A stretch of 59,130 nucleotides of DNA, the filler included, from Acidimicrobiia bacterium (GTDB taxonomy: Bacteria > Actinomycetota > Acidimicrobiia > Spongiisociales > JAHEDJ01): the NCBI GenBank assembly GCA_029210695.1. It is 5 parts of 5 records of this genome, joined end to end, with 100 filler letters (N's around TTAATTAATTAA, not from the genome) between each part and the next. Parts side by side here need not be neighbours in the genome. Positions count along the whole stretch, not along the records: positions 12,694 to 24,805 come from JARGFH010000083.1; positions 24,906 to 36,653 come from JARGFH010000084.1; 3 more parts are not named here. One strand, given 5' to 3'. Below, one piece after another: positions 18,514 through 28,067 of the stretch. Numbering within the stretch: the first letter of the stretch is position 1; each line of letters begins with the position of its first letter. The notes under the pieces were generated by a model. It did no database searches. It had not been told where the DNA came from and saw nothing but the letters and a program-made list of their open reading frames with translations. Both the position numbers and the translations under genes were made by a program.

Positions 18514-20695
18514 GGCCGAGCCTCGCACCGACGAAGCTCTCGTCGCAGAAGTCGATCCGATTGTCCGCGTGTTCTCGAAGACCCACCGGGATGTGGACGT
18601 AGAACCGATCATCCGTGCCTACGACGTTGCTCACAGGCAGCATATGGGCCAGTTCCGCATGTCGGGCGAGCCCTATATCACCCATCCGCTCGCCGTTGCC
18701 CTGGTGCTGGCTGAGTACGGCCTGGATCGCGACACGATCGTCGCCGGGATCCTGCACGATACGGTCGAGGACACCGATCTAACGCTCGATGAGGTAACGA
18801 AAGCCTTTGGCTCCGACGTTGCTGCCCTCATCGACGGTGTAACCAAACTCGATCGGGTACGTTTCGATTCCAGAGAGGTGGCCCAGGCGGCCACCATCCG
18901 CAAGATGGTCGTTGCCATGGCGCAGGATCTGCGGGTGCTGCTAATCAAACTGACCGATCGCCTACACAATCTGCGAACGATCGATCCACTGTCACCTGAA
19001 AAGCAGCAGCGCATCGCCACCGAGTCGCTCGAGGTGTACGCGCCACTAGCCCACCGGCTCGGGGTGCAGGAGATCAAGCACGAGATGGAAGACCGTTGCT
19101 TCCAGATCCTCATGCCGGGCCGCTATACGGAGATCGAAGAACAGATCCAGCACAGGGCGCCGCAGCGTGAGGCGTTCATCGAAGAGGCTGTTGAGGCGGT
19201 ACGTGGCACGCTGGCGGAGTCGGAAATCGGCGCGATCGTCACCGGACGCCCGAAGCACTTCTACTCGATCTACCGGAAGATGGTGACCACCGGGCAACCG
19301 TTCGAAGAGATCCATGACCTGATCGGTATCCGGATCATCACCGAGAACGTTCGTGACTGCTATGGAGCGCTGGGCCTGATCCACACCATGTGGCCCCCGG
19401 TTCACGGACGGTTCAAAGACTACATCGCTATGCCCAAGTTCAACCTCTATCAGAGCCTGCATACGACCGTGATCGGCCCAGGCGGGAAACCACTCGAGGT
19501 GCAGATCCGCTCTAGCGAGATGCACGAGCGGGCCGAGTACGGCATCGCCGCCCACTGGCGCTACAAGGAGGGGGCCGGCTCGGACCTTCCCTGGATGGCC
19601 GATCTCAGAATGCTTCAGGAGGACCACGACGATCCGGAGGAGTTCCTCACCCACCTCAAGCTCGACTTGTACGAAGACGAGGTGTTTGTGCTCACGCCGA
19701 AAGGCCAGGTCAAGACCTTGCCGCGTGGTTCGACGCCTATCGATTTCGCCTACTCGATCCACACGGAAGTCGGTCATCGATGTTCCGGTGCCAAGGTCAA
19801 CGGCAGACTCGTCCCGCTCGACACCCGTTTGGAGTCGGGCGACATAGTTGAGGTGATGACCTCGAAGGCGACCGAGGCGGGTCCGAGTCGTGACTGGATG
19901 AAGATCGTTCGCACGTCGCGGGCCAAGGCGAAGATCCGTCAATGGTTCTCAAAGGAACGGCGCGATGCGGCACTGGGGGAGGGTCGGGACAAGATTGCCG
20001 CCCTCCTCAAGAAGGAGAACTTGGGACTCAATGCGGCCGATCGTGATCGAGCGCTCAAGTTGGTCGCCCAGGACTTAGGTCATGCCGAACTCGACAGCCT
20101 GTACGTGGCGGTAGGTGAGGGAGGAAGCAGCGCATCCGCCGTAGTGCACAGAGTCCTTCGGCTGGTTCGACCTGAAGAGTCACTCGATGAAGACCTGCTC
20201 GCCCCGCCGAAACCGCGCAGCGAGATCCGGACCGGCCCGGGGATCATCGTCGAGGGACTGGACGACGTGTGGGTCCGCGTCGCCCGCTGCTGCGCGCCCG
20301 TGCCCGGCGATGACATCGTCGGTTTTGTCACCGTCGGCAGAGGCGTGTCGGTTCATCGTTCCGATTGCACGAACATCGTGGCGATGGGAGAACGCCGGGA
20401 ACGGATGATCGAAGTCGCCTGGGCTCCCGAGCGAGTAGGGACGTTTGCGGTGTGGGTCCAGGTCGAGGCTCTCGATCGTTCCGGACTGCTCCGCGATGTC
20501 ACCACCGCCGTCTCGGATCTCGGGGGAAACATCACGGCCTCGTCTTCGGCCACGGGTCGAGACCGGGTCGCCGTCCTCCGGTACGAGGTCGAGCTCTCTG
20601 ATCCTGCTCAGGTCGAACGGCTGGTGGAGGACCTGCGCGGCGTTGAGGGCGTATACGACGCGTATCGCCTGGTCCCCGGAGGTTCCGATCGGTAA
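18503..20695 (+). CDS. rel: Bifunctional (p)ppGpp synthetase/hydrolase Rel
   Basis: HD motif HDTVED, YAPLAHRLG, GRPKH, YQSLHT, EVQIR, TGS (DFAYSIHTEVG), CC zinc domain and ACT domain. Confidence 0.97.
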   Translation: MATEAEPRTDEALVAEVDPIVRVFSKTHRDVDVEPIIRAYDVAHRQHMGQFRMSGEPYITHPLAVALVLAEYGLDRDTIVAGILHDTVEDTDLTLDEVTKAFGSDVAALIDGVTKLDRVRFDSREVAQAATIRKMVVAMAQDLRVLLIKLTDRLHNLRTIDPLSPEKQQRIATESLEVYAPLAHRLGVQEIKHEMEDRCFQILMPGRYTEIEEQIQHRAPQREAFIEEAVEAVRGTLAESEIGAIVTGRPKHFYSIYRKMVTTGQPFEEIHDLIGIRIITENVRDCYGALGLIHTMWPPVHGRFKDYIAMPKFNLYQSLHTTVIGPGGKPLEVQIRSSEMHERAEYGIAAHWRYKEGAGSDLPWMADLRMLQEDHDDPEEFLTHLKLDLYEDEVFVLTPKGQVKTLPRGSTPIDFAYSIHTEVGHRCSGAKVNGRLVPLDTRLESGDIVEVMTSKATEAGPSRDWMKIVRTSRAKAKIRQWFSKERRDAALGEGRDKIAALLKKENLGLNAADRDRALKLVAQDLGHAELDSLYVAVGEGGSSASAVVHRVLRLVRPEESLDEDLLAPPKPRSEIRTGPGIIVEGLDDVWVRVARCCAPVPGDDIVGFVTVGRGVSVHRSDCTNIVAMGERRERMIEVAWAPERVGTFAVWVQVEALDRSGLLRDVTTAVSDLGGNITASSSATGRDRVAVLRYEVELSDPAQVERLVEDLRGVEGVYDAYRLVPGGSDR

Positions 20696-20771
20696 CTAGT
20701 CCTCAGGCGGCAGGCGCAGATGACCCGACGGAGTCCTCAAGAGTCACGGCCGTCAATCCGATAACCAGGGC

Positions 20772-22616
20772 ATGGAAGCTTTCCGCTCTCTATGGCGTCG
20801 CGATGGCGAGGCAGGTTTCAGCATTCTGGAATCGGTGGTCGCCCTCGTAATCGTATTCGGGTCAATGCTGGTCTTGTTTCGTTCCCTGGACAGTTCGATC
20901 CGGGTGGTGAACGAGAGCAGACGGCAGACGGCCGCCATAGCCCTCGCTTCCGAGTTGCTCGAACGGGCCCGCTCGCTCGAATGGGACAACGTCGGCTTGA
21001 CCGGCGCTAGCAACGATGCCGACTGTCCTACGCCGGTCCCCGCAGACGGTGTAAGCGGTGTCGCCTGTGCCGACTGGGCCACAGAGTTCGGCGTCACGCC
21101 GGACGGCTTGGGCGGGTACTTGTTCGAAGGGGAGCGGATTGTCTTTGCCAACGGTCCCACCTTTGACCCGTTTCTCTCGTTCAACGATCAACAGTTGCGT
21201 GACAACGTCACCTACGATCGATTCCTCTTCGTCACCCAGCAGACCGATGTCGCCGGTGAGGAGCGCTACCGCAAGATCACTGCCATCGTTCAATGGGACC
21301 CGCCCAACGGTTTCCGTCGGGAGATCCGCCAGGTCACCTACGCCTCGGCATTCGAAGCCCCGCCCAGCCCGGTGCTGGATGCCAACGTCGACTTCTTCGG
21401 CGGGGCGGTTTCGATCACCGGCTACATGGGGGGAACTTCAGGATGGTTGGACGCCGCCTACGAGCGTCCGCTGCTGATCGACGGCACGTTCTTCCGGGGA
21501 CCCACCGCGCACGCCCGAGCCACGACGGACTACGTGTCGGCGGCAGACATCGAAGTCAGCTCACCGTCCAGCGAGTGGGTATGGGACGGCGCAGTTGCCG
21601 CGTTCCGCAGCAGGATTGATGCAGACGTCTTCACTCTGGCCTCGGATGACCACTTCGGCACCTCCGCCCCGCCGTCTCCGGCCGACACGGTCAACCTGGA
21701 CCTCGTGCGCTGGCAGGCTCCGGGTGTAGTACCGTCGCCGCCCAACTACATGCTGTTCGGCCTCGAATGGTCGGATGGTGGTGCTGCGCAGAACACCGAA
21801 GTGATCAAGGCGGTTGCTCACGCCCAGGACGCGTCCGACGGTCTGCCACTGGTCGAACTCGACGTGAATGGTGCCGGGAGCTTCGGGTTCGGAACTCCCG
21901 AATATGGAGCGGCTTTGGCGGCGTCCTACGGAGAGTCCATCGGCTCCTATGACTTCATCCCCGTACACTACGGACGCCTGACGTCCGGCACTGCGCTCGA
22001 CTACGACGCCAGGATCGATCGGTTCTCCACGACCGACGCTTCCCGCAAGATCGACACGACCTTCAGCCTGGCGTCCCAGGAGGTCTTGTTCCTCTACGAC
22101 ACGGTCCTCGCCAAGAACAGCACCAAGTTCGAGGGGTGGATGAAGGTCGTTTTGCCGTCGGTGTCCGGATCGCTGTCGGCCGGTGAGGCGGCGCTCGCTC
22201 CGAGTCTGGTAACCGGCAACGTCACGATCAACGTCTGGGACACCGTGACCAATAACTACGTGACCATCTTCGGGCCGACCAACCTGGCCTCGATGGGGGC
22301 GATCCCGCCTGTCGTGAGCTCCACGGCGCCTCTGGTACTGACACCCGGTTCGACGGCAGGTATCCTGAACTGGCCGGACATCTTTGAACAGGTCACGATC
22401 GAAGAGCTCAGCGTCAACAATCCCGTTCTCAACCAGGATTTCTACCTAGCGGGAGCCACCGCCGGCGCTCAGATTCAGGTTCCCCCCATTGTGACGGGAA
22501 CGATTCACTACTACGCCGAGGACACCAAGCTGGCGAGAGTGCTGTTCGACTACACCCTGGTGTTCCAGCTGCCCGGCGTCACCGCCAGTTCCGCCTACAT
22601 CAACCCGGATCTCTAG
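20772..22616 (+). CDS. Large type IV pilin-like protein (class III signal peptide), PilV-like/adhesin
   Basis: EAG|FSILE plus hydrophobic helix, ELLERAR, and a long beta-rich C-terminus. Confidence 0.75.
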   Translation: MEAFRSLWRRDGEAGFSILESVVALVIVFGSMLVLFRSLDSSIRVVNESRRQTAAIALASELLERARSLEWDNVGLTGASNDADCPTPVPADGVSGVACADWATEFGVTPDGLGGYLFEGERIVFANGPTFDPFLSFNDQQLRDNVTYDRFLFVTQQTDVAGEERYRKITAIVQWDPPNGFRREIRQVTYASAFEAPPSPVLDANVDFFGGAVSITGYMGGTSGWLDAAYERPLLIDGTFFRGPTAHARATTDYVSAADIEVSSPSSEWVWDGAVAAFRSRIDADVFTLASDDHFGTSAPPSPADTVNLDLVRWQAPGVVPSPPNYMLFGLEWSDGGAAQNTEVIKAVAHAQDASDGLPLVELDVNGAGSFGFGTPEYGAALAASYGESIGSYDFIPVHYGRLTSGTALDYDARIDRFSTTDASRKIDTTFSLASQEVLFLYDTVLAKNSTKFEGWMKVVLPSVSGSLSAGEAALAPSLVTGNVTINVWDTVTNNYVTIFGPTNLASMGAIPPVVSSTAPLVLTPGSTAGILNWPDIFEQVTIEELSVNNPVLNQDFYLAGATAGAQIQVPPIVTGTIHYYAEDTKLARVLFDYTLVFQLPGVTASSAYINPDL

Positions 22617-23243
22617 ATGCACCTCATTCGCCTTCACCGAGCCGACGATGGGGTGACGCTCACCGAGTTGATGGTGGCTCTGTTCCTCATGGTCATTGTG
22701 GCGGCAGTGTTCCTTCCGACGATGATCAGCGGAATGAACGCCACGGGGCAAATCACGAATGTGGCCAGGAGCAACGACAACGGCCGTCTGGCTCTCCAAC
22801 GAATCGACCGGGAATTGCGCGCTGCGGAAGTGATCTGTACACCGGCGCCGGGAGATGCTCCCGGCGATACGCTCAGACTCATCACGCGGGCATACACGGC
22901 CGCCAGCACGCCAACCGGTACCCGGGACATCACCTACAGCCTCAACGGTACCAATCTCGAGAAATCGACCGACGGGGGAGCGACATGGACGCCTGTGGTG
23001 GAAGGCGTCGTGAATGCCACAGTGGTCGATGACGATTACAACACCGCTCACACGTTGCCGGTAGGCACCATTGGTGTTCCACTCTTCACCAACGATCAAG
23101 AAGCCGGCTATCCGAGTTATGGCAAGGTGATCACGGTTCGTTTGTGGCTCGATGAGTCCGCAACAGACCACATCAGTCCAATCCTGCTGACCACAGAACT
23201 GTCGGGGCGGAACATCTGGGTTCCCAATGGGCCGGGCTGTTGA
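22617..23243 (+). CDS. Type IV minor pilin, PilW/GspJ-like
   Basis: DDG|VTLTELMVAL prepilin motif and RIDRELRAA. Confidence 0.8.
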   Translation: MHLIRLHRADDGVTLTELMVALFLMVIVAAVFLPTMISGMNATGQITNVARSNDNGRLALQRIDRELRAAEVICTPAPGDAPGDTLRLITRAYTAASTPTGTRDITYSLNGTNLEKSTDGGATWTPVVEGVVNATVVDDDYNTAHTLPVGTIGVPLFTNDQEAGYPSYGKVITVRLWLDESATDHISPILLTTELSGRNIWVPNGPGC

Positions 23244-23254
23244 GGGGAGGAGTC

Positions 23255-24733
23255 ATGATGCGCTTGTTCAACAGAGAAGACGGCATCGGGATCGTAACTG
23301 CACTCATGGTTGCGTTCATCGTGTTCTCACTGGGTGCCGTGTGGTACTCGGTATCGGTCCATGAACTCGACGAGACTACCTACGATCATCACCGGACGAC
23401 TGCACTGCATGTGGCCGATGCCGGGGTCCGGCAGGCTATGTATGAGCTGTCTCAGACGACCCTCAAGAACCAGCCGTACTGGACCGGGAACGGGACCGAT
23501 CTCGGTGGGGATTGTGCCATCGAGAGTGTGACCAGCATCGAGGACGGGGTGACCCGCCAACTCGGGCAGTACTGGGTGGACGTTTCGGATGCGACACCGG
23601 CCAACCTCAACGACCACCGGTACTTCGTGGAGTCGTGGGGTTGGGGCCGGGACACTTCGTCCCGCCAGCTGAGCATGCGCAAGATCGAGCAAGAGGTCGA
23701 GATAGTGATCAAGCGTGGTTTTGTCTACGCCCTCTTCGCGGCTTCCGGTGGTGTGGCCGCCGGCAACCAGAAGACGATTTACGGTGATGTGTACTCGGCG
23801 GCCGACGTGACGATCACCAACCACACGGAGATTTGGGCGAATGATCCAGGTTTTGCCGGTGACGGGGACCTGACCACATCCGGTCAACTGACGATTCCGA
23901 GTGGATCCAACCTGATCATTGAGGGGAATGTGATGGCAGGGACTCACCTTCAGGATGACAACCCGGGCTCCGTGTACGGAGGTGATGTCACGGTGGCGGC
24001 CGGCGACGCCTTCTTCACCAAGGCGACGGTGGTGGGCAAGGTGAGCCTCTTCGGCAACGTCCTGGCCGGCTCGGACCTCACCGCAGGCTCGCTCGGCCAG
24101 AACCTGGTTACGCTGGAACCGGTGGTTGCCGATCCGCTACCCGACTTCGACTGGAACAAGATCACGGCGACCTACGGCGGACCCCACAGCTTCAACGGTG
24201 TCCCGGCCGGTGGGCCCGTGTATGAGTGGTCGACCTGGAACAGCTTCGATCTCTGGTACAAGGCGAATAGCGGCAACCTCAAAGGATGGCATCGCGTCAC
24301 CGACGCCGGTTCGTACACGTGGCGTCTCGCGCAGGGGGCTGGATCAACGTTCACCGACGACTTCATGCTGGTGTTCGACGGTCAGTTGACCGTCGACGGC
24401 AGTTCGAATATCGACCCCACCCAGGCTCCCATCACAGTGACGCTCGTTGGGTATCAGGCCAGTTCCGATTTGCAGTTCGGGAAGAACCTCTCTTCGAGCG
24501 ACGATCAGCGATGGGTCATGTATTCGAAAGGCTCCGTCGGCGCCAAGAACCTGGCCACCATCTACGGGGTGGTCTACGGTGAAACGGACAACTCGGTCAA
24601 CCACCTCGAGGTGCACTTCCGGCCTCCAAACAGCGATCTGGGTTTCATCTGGGGGACCGAGCGTCGTGTTATTGCCCGCCCGTTCGTCTGGCGTGAGGTT
24701 CCTGAGGACCCGACGCCGTGCACCTTGCCCTAG
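23255..24733 (+). CDS. PilX/GspK-like minor pilin with beta-helix-like C-terminus
   Basis: EDG|IGIVTALMV (no E5), ALHVADAGV, VESWG, repeated IYGDV/IEGNV units. GGAGGAG RBS before ATG 23255. Confidence 0.72.
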   Translation: MMRLFNREDGIGIVTALMVAFIVFSLGAVWYSVSVHELDETTYDHHRTTALHVADAGVRQAMYELSQTTLKNQPYWTGNGTDLGGDCAIESVTSIEDGVTRQLGQYWVDVSDATPANLNDHRYFVESWGWGRDTSSRQLSMRKIEQEVEIVIKRGFVYALFAASGGVAAGNQKTIYGDVYSAADVTITNHTEIWANDPGFAGDGDLTTSGQLTIPSGSNLIIEGNVMAGTHLQDDNPGSVYGGDVTVAAGDAFFTKATVVGKVSLFGNVLAGSDLTAGSLGQNLVTLEPVVADPLPDFDWNKITATYGGPHSFNGVPAGGPVYEWSTWNSFDLWYKANSGNLKGWHRVTDAGSYTWRLAQGAGSTFTDDFMLVFDGQLTVDGSSNIDPTQAPITVTLVGYQASSDLQFGKNLSSSDDQRWVMYSKGSVGAKNLATIYGVVYGETDNSVNHLEVHFRPPNSDLGFIWGTERRVIARPFVWREVPEDPTPCTLP

Positions 24734-24805
24734 GTGGCTGCCGAAAAAGTGGCTTTCGGTGAGGTTGGTTGGCGGCGGGCCAGTCGTGGGTGATGCCGGA
24801 GACCA
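24730..24805 (-). mobile_element. IS end, IS5/IS1182-like (copy 1), at CTAG
   Basis: CTAG-GTGGCTGCCGAAAAAGT... is identical to the copies at 24906-24980 and 47838-47912. The minus strand ends ...PKATFSAAT*. The CTAG contains the stop codon of the upstream pilin gene. Confidence 0.7.
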
Positions 24806-24905
24806 NNNNNNNNNNNNNNNNNNNNNNNNNNNNNNNNNNNNNNNNNNNNTTAATTAATTAANNNNNNNNNNNNNNNNNNNNNNNNNNNNNNNNNNNNNNN
24901 NNNNN
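24806..24905. other. Artificial contig linker
   Basis: N-TTAATTAATTAA-N. Confidence 0.99.
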
Positions 24906-24980
24906 GGTCTCCGGCATCACCCACGACTGGCCCGCCGCCAACCAACCTCACCGAAAGCCACTTTTTCGGCAGCCACCTAG
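24906..24980 (+). mobile_element. IS end, IS5/IS1182-like (copy 2), at CTAG
   Basis: Exact reverse complement of 24730-24804. Ends ACTTTTTCGGCAGCCAC-CTAG. Confidence 0.7.
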
Positions 24981-25014
24981 GGGATAGTCGCGAGTCGCTA
25001 CGAGCGAGTGTGGC

Positions 25015-27117
25015 TCATTGTTCGTCTGGTTTCTCGTTGAGCTCTTCTAATTCGATTTCTGCGGTTGGTTCGTCGGCCGTGGCGTTCAGACGATCGATCA
25101 ACCGGTAGTACCCGCGAGTTGTTCCGAATGCGGTAACGACGTCGCCGCTTTCGAGGACGGTTCCGCCGGTCGGCACCATCACATCGGTGTGCCGGCGCAC
25201 GGAAACGAGCGTGCAACCCTCGGGCCAGGTCACCTCGCTGAGCGGCCGGCCGTCTGCAAACGAACCCGGCGGGACCCGGAAATCGAAGAACCGTGTGCCG
25301 GGGTCGGTCCTGGTCGCCATCCGCTGACGATCGAGTTTCCGTCCGGTGGTGGCGGCGAGGGCATAGTGGTAGGACCGGACTGCATCCTCCCGGCGGAACA
25401 TCCCGACCAGGTGGCCGGGATCATCATCCGCAACGACCGGCATTCGGCCGATCCCCAGGGCGGCCATCCGCTCGAGGGCCGCCGACACCGGTGTCGAAGG
25501 TTGCACCGTGACCGGACGATGTGTCATGGCATGAGCGACGGTGAGATCATCCCGTGCGCCTCCTGCTCGCATGATGTCGCTAACCGTGATGAGCCCGACG
25601 AGCCGGTCCTCGTGGACGACCGCCATGCCGTGATGGCGATGCCGATCAAGCTCACCCTGAAGCTCCTGCAACGTCATCGCCGGGTTGGCGAGGGCGGCAT
25701 TCGTCGACATGACTTCGCCTACCGAGATCGTATCCAGCAGATCGACTTCGCCGACGGTGGTGAGCACGATGCCACGCCGCTTCAGCGGCATCGTGTACAC
25801 ACTCTCAGGATGCAGCAAGTCGGTGAGCACGGTGGCAATGGCTGCGGCCAGCATCAACGGGAGGATCAGCGCGTAGTCCCTTCCGATGATCTCATAGACG
25901 ATCAGGATGGCGGTGAGGGGTGCCCTGGCGACCGCGGCGAACATGGCGGCCATGCCGACGATGGCAAAGGCGCCGGGATGCAGCTCTGAGATCGTCCAAT
26001 GAGGAGCGAGGAATTCCCCGAAGCCGGCACCTAGCGCGGCACCGAGGAAGAGGGAGGGCATGAATGCCCCACCCGATCCGCGCGAAGACAGCGTCATGGT
26101 GGTGGCGAACAGCTTCAGTCCGACCAGGAGCAGGAGCGCCCACCACACGTCGCCGCTCTCCGCCACCAGCTGCAGGGTTTGACGCGTGAACACCTGACCC
26201 GTTCCGAGCACCTGCGGCTCGAAGAACCCGATGGAGGCGACCACCAGCCCGAACAACACCGGCCTGGCCCACTTCGGACCCGGCATCCGGGCAGCCAGTG
26301 TCTCCACGATGTCGAGCGACCGCAGGAATGCCCAGGCGACAACGACCACGACCAGGCCGAGCAGCAGATACAACAACAACTCCCGCGAGTCACCCATTCC
26401 GAACGGGAATGCCACGAGCAGAACCTCATTCAATCCGAACGCATTCGACAGCCCCTCGGCCGTCACAGCTGCTGCAACAGAGGCGACCACAACTGAACTC
26501 AGATGCCGGGCCGCGAAGCTGCGGAGGATGACCTCCATGGCGAACAACATGCCGGCAATCGGGGCGTTGAAGCTGGCACCAATTGCGGCGCCGGCGCCGG
26601 CAGCAACCATGCCCCTGATCTGGTCTTCGCCGAGCCGGGCCTTGCGCGACACGAACGACCCGATCGCTGCTCCAATCTGAACAACCGGGCCCTCCCGACC
26701 GGCCGACCCACCGCCTCCCAGGGTGAGGGCGGTGGCGAGAATCTTGAACGGAACCGAACGACTGGCCAGGTACCCGCCGTGGAGGGCGAGCCCGACCGCC
26801 GCCTCAGGCACGCCATCACCCTCGACCTCAGGAGCGAAGCGGGTGGCGATCCAGAAGGCGCCGAGGAACCCGATGGGAACAGAGAGGAACACGATCCACT
26901 CACCGATTCCCAGGCTCTCCCCTCCGTCGGCGAAGAGGTCGCGGACAACGTCGACCGCGAAGATCAACAGAGCAGCGGCGGCGCCCACCGCCACACCGAC
27001 GAGCGCAGCGAGCGCAAGCGTCCAGGCTGTATCGCCGGTCTGGCTTGCTCCCCGGGAATCCCGGTACCGCTTCACGATCGAATCGAACATCCCGACCAGC
27101 GTAGGCGCGCCGGGCAC
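25015..27117 (-). CDS. ClC-family chloride channel/transporter with CBS pair and TrkA_C domain
   Basis: GDGVPE, GREGP, FNAPIAG, GGAFMP, ARAPLT, two CBS domains and a C-terminal TrkA_C-like domain. Start may be 27090. Confidence 0.92.
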   Translation of the reverse strand: MPGAPTLVGMFDSIVKRYRDSRGASQTGDTAWTLALAALVGVAVGAAAALLIFAVDVVRDLFADGGESLGIGEWIVFLSVPIGFLGAFWIATRFAPEVEGDGVPEAAVGLALHGGYLASRSVPFKILATALTLGGGGSAGREGPVVQIGAAIGSFVSRKARLGEDQIRGMVAAGAGAAIGASFNAPIAGMLFAMEVILRSFAARHLSSVVVASVAAAVTAEGLSNAFGLNEVLLVAFPFGMGDSRELLLYLLLGLVVVVVAWAFLRSLDIVETLAARMPGPKWARPVLFGLVVASIGFFEPQVLGTGQVFTRQTLQLVAESGDVWWALLLLVGLKLFATTMTLSSRGSGGAFMPSLFLGAALGAGFGEFLAPHWTISELHPGAFAIVGMAAMFAAVARAPLTAILIVYEIIGRDYALILPLMLAAAIATVLTDLLHPESVYTMPLKRRGIVLTTVGEVDLLDTISVGEVMSTNAALANPAMTLQELQGELDRHRHHGMAVVHEDRLVGLITVSDIMRAGGARDDLTVAHAMTHRPVTVQPSTPVSAALERMAALGIGRMPVVADDDPGHLVGMFRREDAVRSYHYALAATTGRKLDRQRMATRTDPGTRFFDFRVPPGSFADGRPLSEVTWPEGCTLVSVRRHTDVMVPTGGTVLESGDVVTAFGTTRGYYRLIDRLNATADEPTAEIELEELNEKPDEQ

Positions 27118-27186
27118 ACTGGCGAATCCCGGCAGAACCAGGATCCATCGCCTCTAGTCTTCACGCATAACGCGAAAGGCGACATC

Positions 27187-27669
27187 GTGACCATCGAGGT
27201 TCACCCTGACATCAGCCCGCTGGCGTTCCTGCTCGGCACCTGGCAAGGGACCGGTCGCGGCGACTACCCGACCATAGACTCGTTCGAGTACGGAGAAGAG
27301 ATCCAGTTCAGCCACGTCGGCAAACCGTTTCTGATCTACCGTCAGCGCACATGGGCGCTCTCCGACCGAGCGCCGATGCACAGCGAGACCGGCTACTTTC
27401 GGAGCGGCGGGGACGGAGCCGTCGAACTGGTGCTGGCCCAACCGAGCGGGATTGCGGAAGTCCACGCCGGACGGCTCAGCGGCACCACGATCGACCTGCG
27501 CACCACCGGCGTTGCCCTGACACCGACCGCCAAGGAGGTCGTCGGAGTCGGACGCCGGTTAGAGGTGGACGGCCAGGTGCTCCACTACCGCCTCGACATG
27601 GAGGCGGTCGGCGAGGCCTATCAGTTCCACCTCGAGGCGGAACTTCACCGCATCGAAGAGAAGGGCTAG
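27187..27669 (+). CDS. Nitrobindin/FABP-like protein (DUF1794)
   Basis: LAFLLGTWQGTGRGDYPTI, GKPFLIY, HSETGYFR and a C-terminal heme His (FHLEAEL). Start GTG 27187. Confidence 0.9.
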   Translation: MTIEVHPDISPLAFLLGTWQGTGRGDYPTIDSFEYGEEIQFSHVGKPFLIYRQRTWALSDRAPMHSETGYFRSGGDGAVELVLAQPSGIAEVHAGRLSGTTIDLRTTGVALTPTAKEVVGVGRRLEVDGQVLHYRLDMEAVGEAYQFHLEAELHRIEEKG

Positions 27670-27760
27670 ACACCTGCCATCTATGGTTCTTCCGTAGCAC
27701 ACTCCCAGCCGGGAGGAGAGCGGCGCGCAGGAACCGGGCATTCGGGCAGACTGGATATCG

Positions 27761-28030
27761 ATGGCAGAAGAACACGGCCACGATCGGATTCACCACGCGG
27801 TGTGGGACCCGCCCTGGTTGCGGGCGTCGTACGCCCGCTGCCTGTGGGACGGCGGGAACACCGGCGACAATTCGGAGTTCTGCTCAGAGGCTTGCGCGGA
27901 GATGTACGCGCAGTGGGATCATGACACCGCACGCAGGGATTACGGTCGCGAACCGGTCCCCGGACGCCATGACGAGTTCGTGGCAGTGCTTCCTATCAGA
28001 ACGCCGCGCCGCCGGCCACACTCAGGCTGA
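27761..28030 (+). CDS. Small hypothetical protein with CxxD...FCSxxC putative metal site
   Basis: Fills the intergenic gap on the coding strand. CLWD and FCSEAC motifs. Confidence 0.55.
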   Translation: MAEEHGHDRIHHAVWDPPWLRASYARCLWDGGNTGDNSEFCSEACAEMYAQWDHDTARRDYGREPVPGRHDEFVAVLPIRTPRRRPHSG

Positions 28031-28067
28031 AACCACGATTGCCGCTCGATCCCACTACGTTTGGCCC

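Noticed and set aside
24730..24980. Apparent perfect 75-bp inverted repeat flanking the gap (giant hairpin, or the two ends of one element)
   Set aside because: The halves belong to different contigs joined by an artificial linker, and contigs are simply sorted by length. A third identical copy is at 47838-47912, so these are the same IS end at independent sites.
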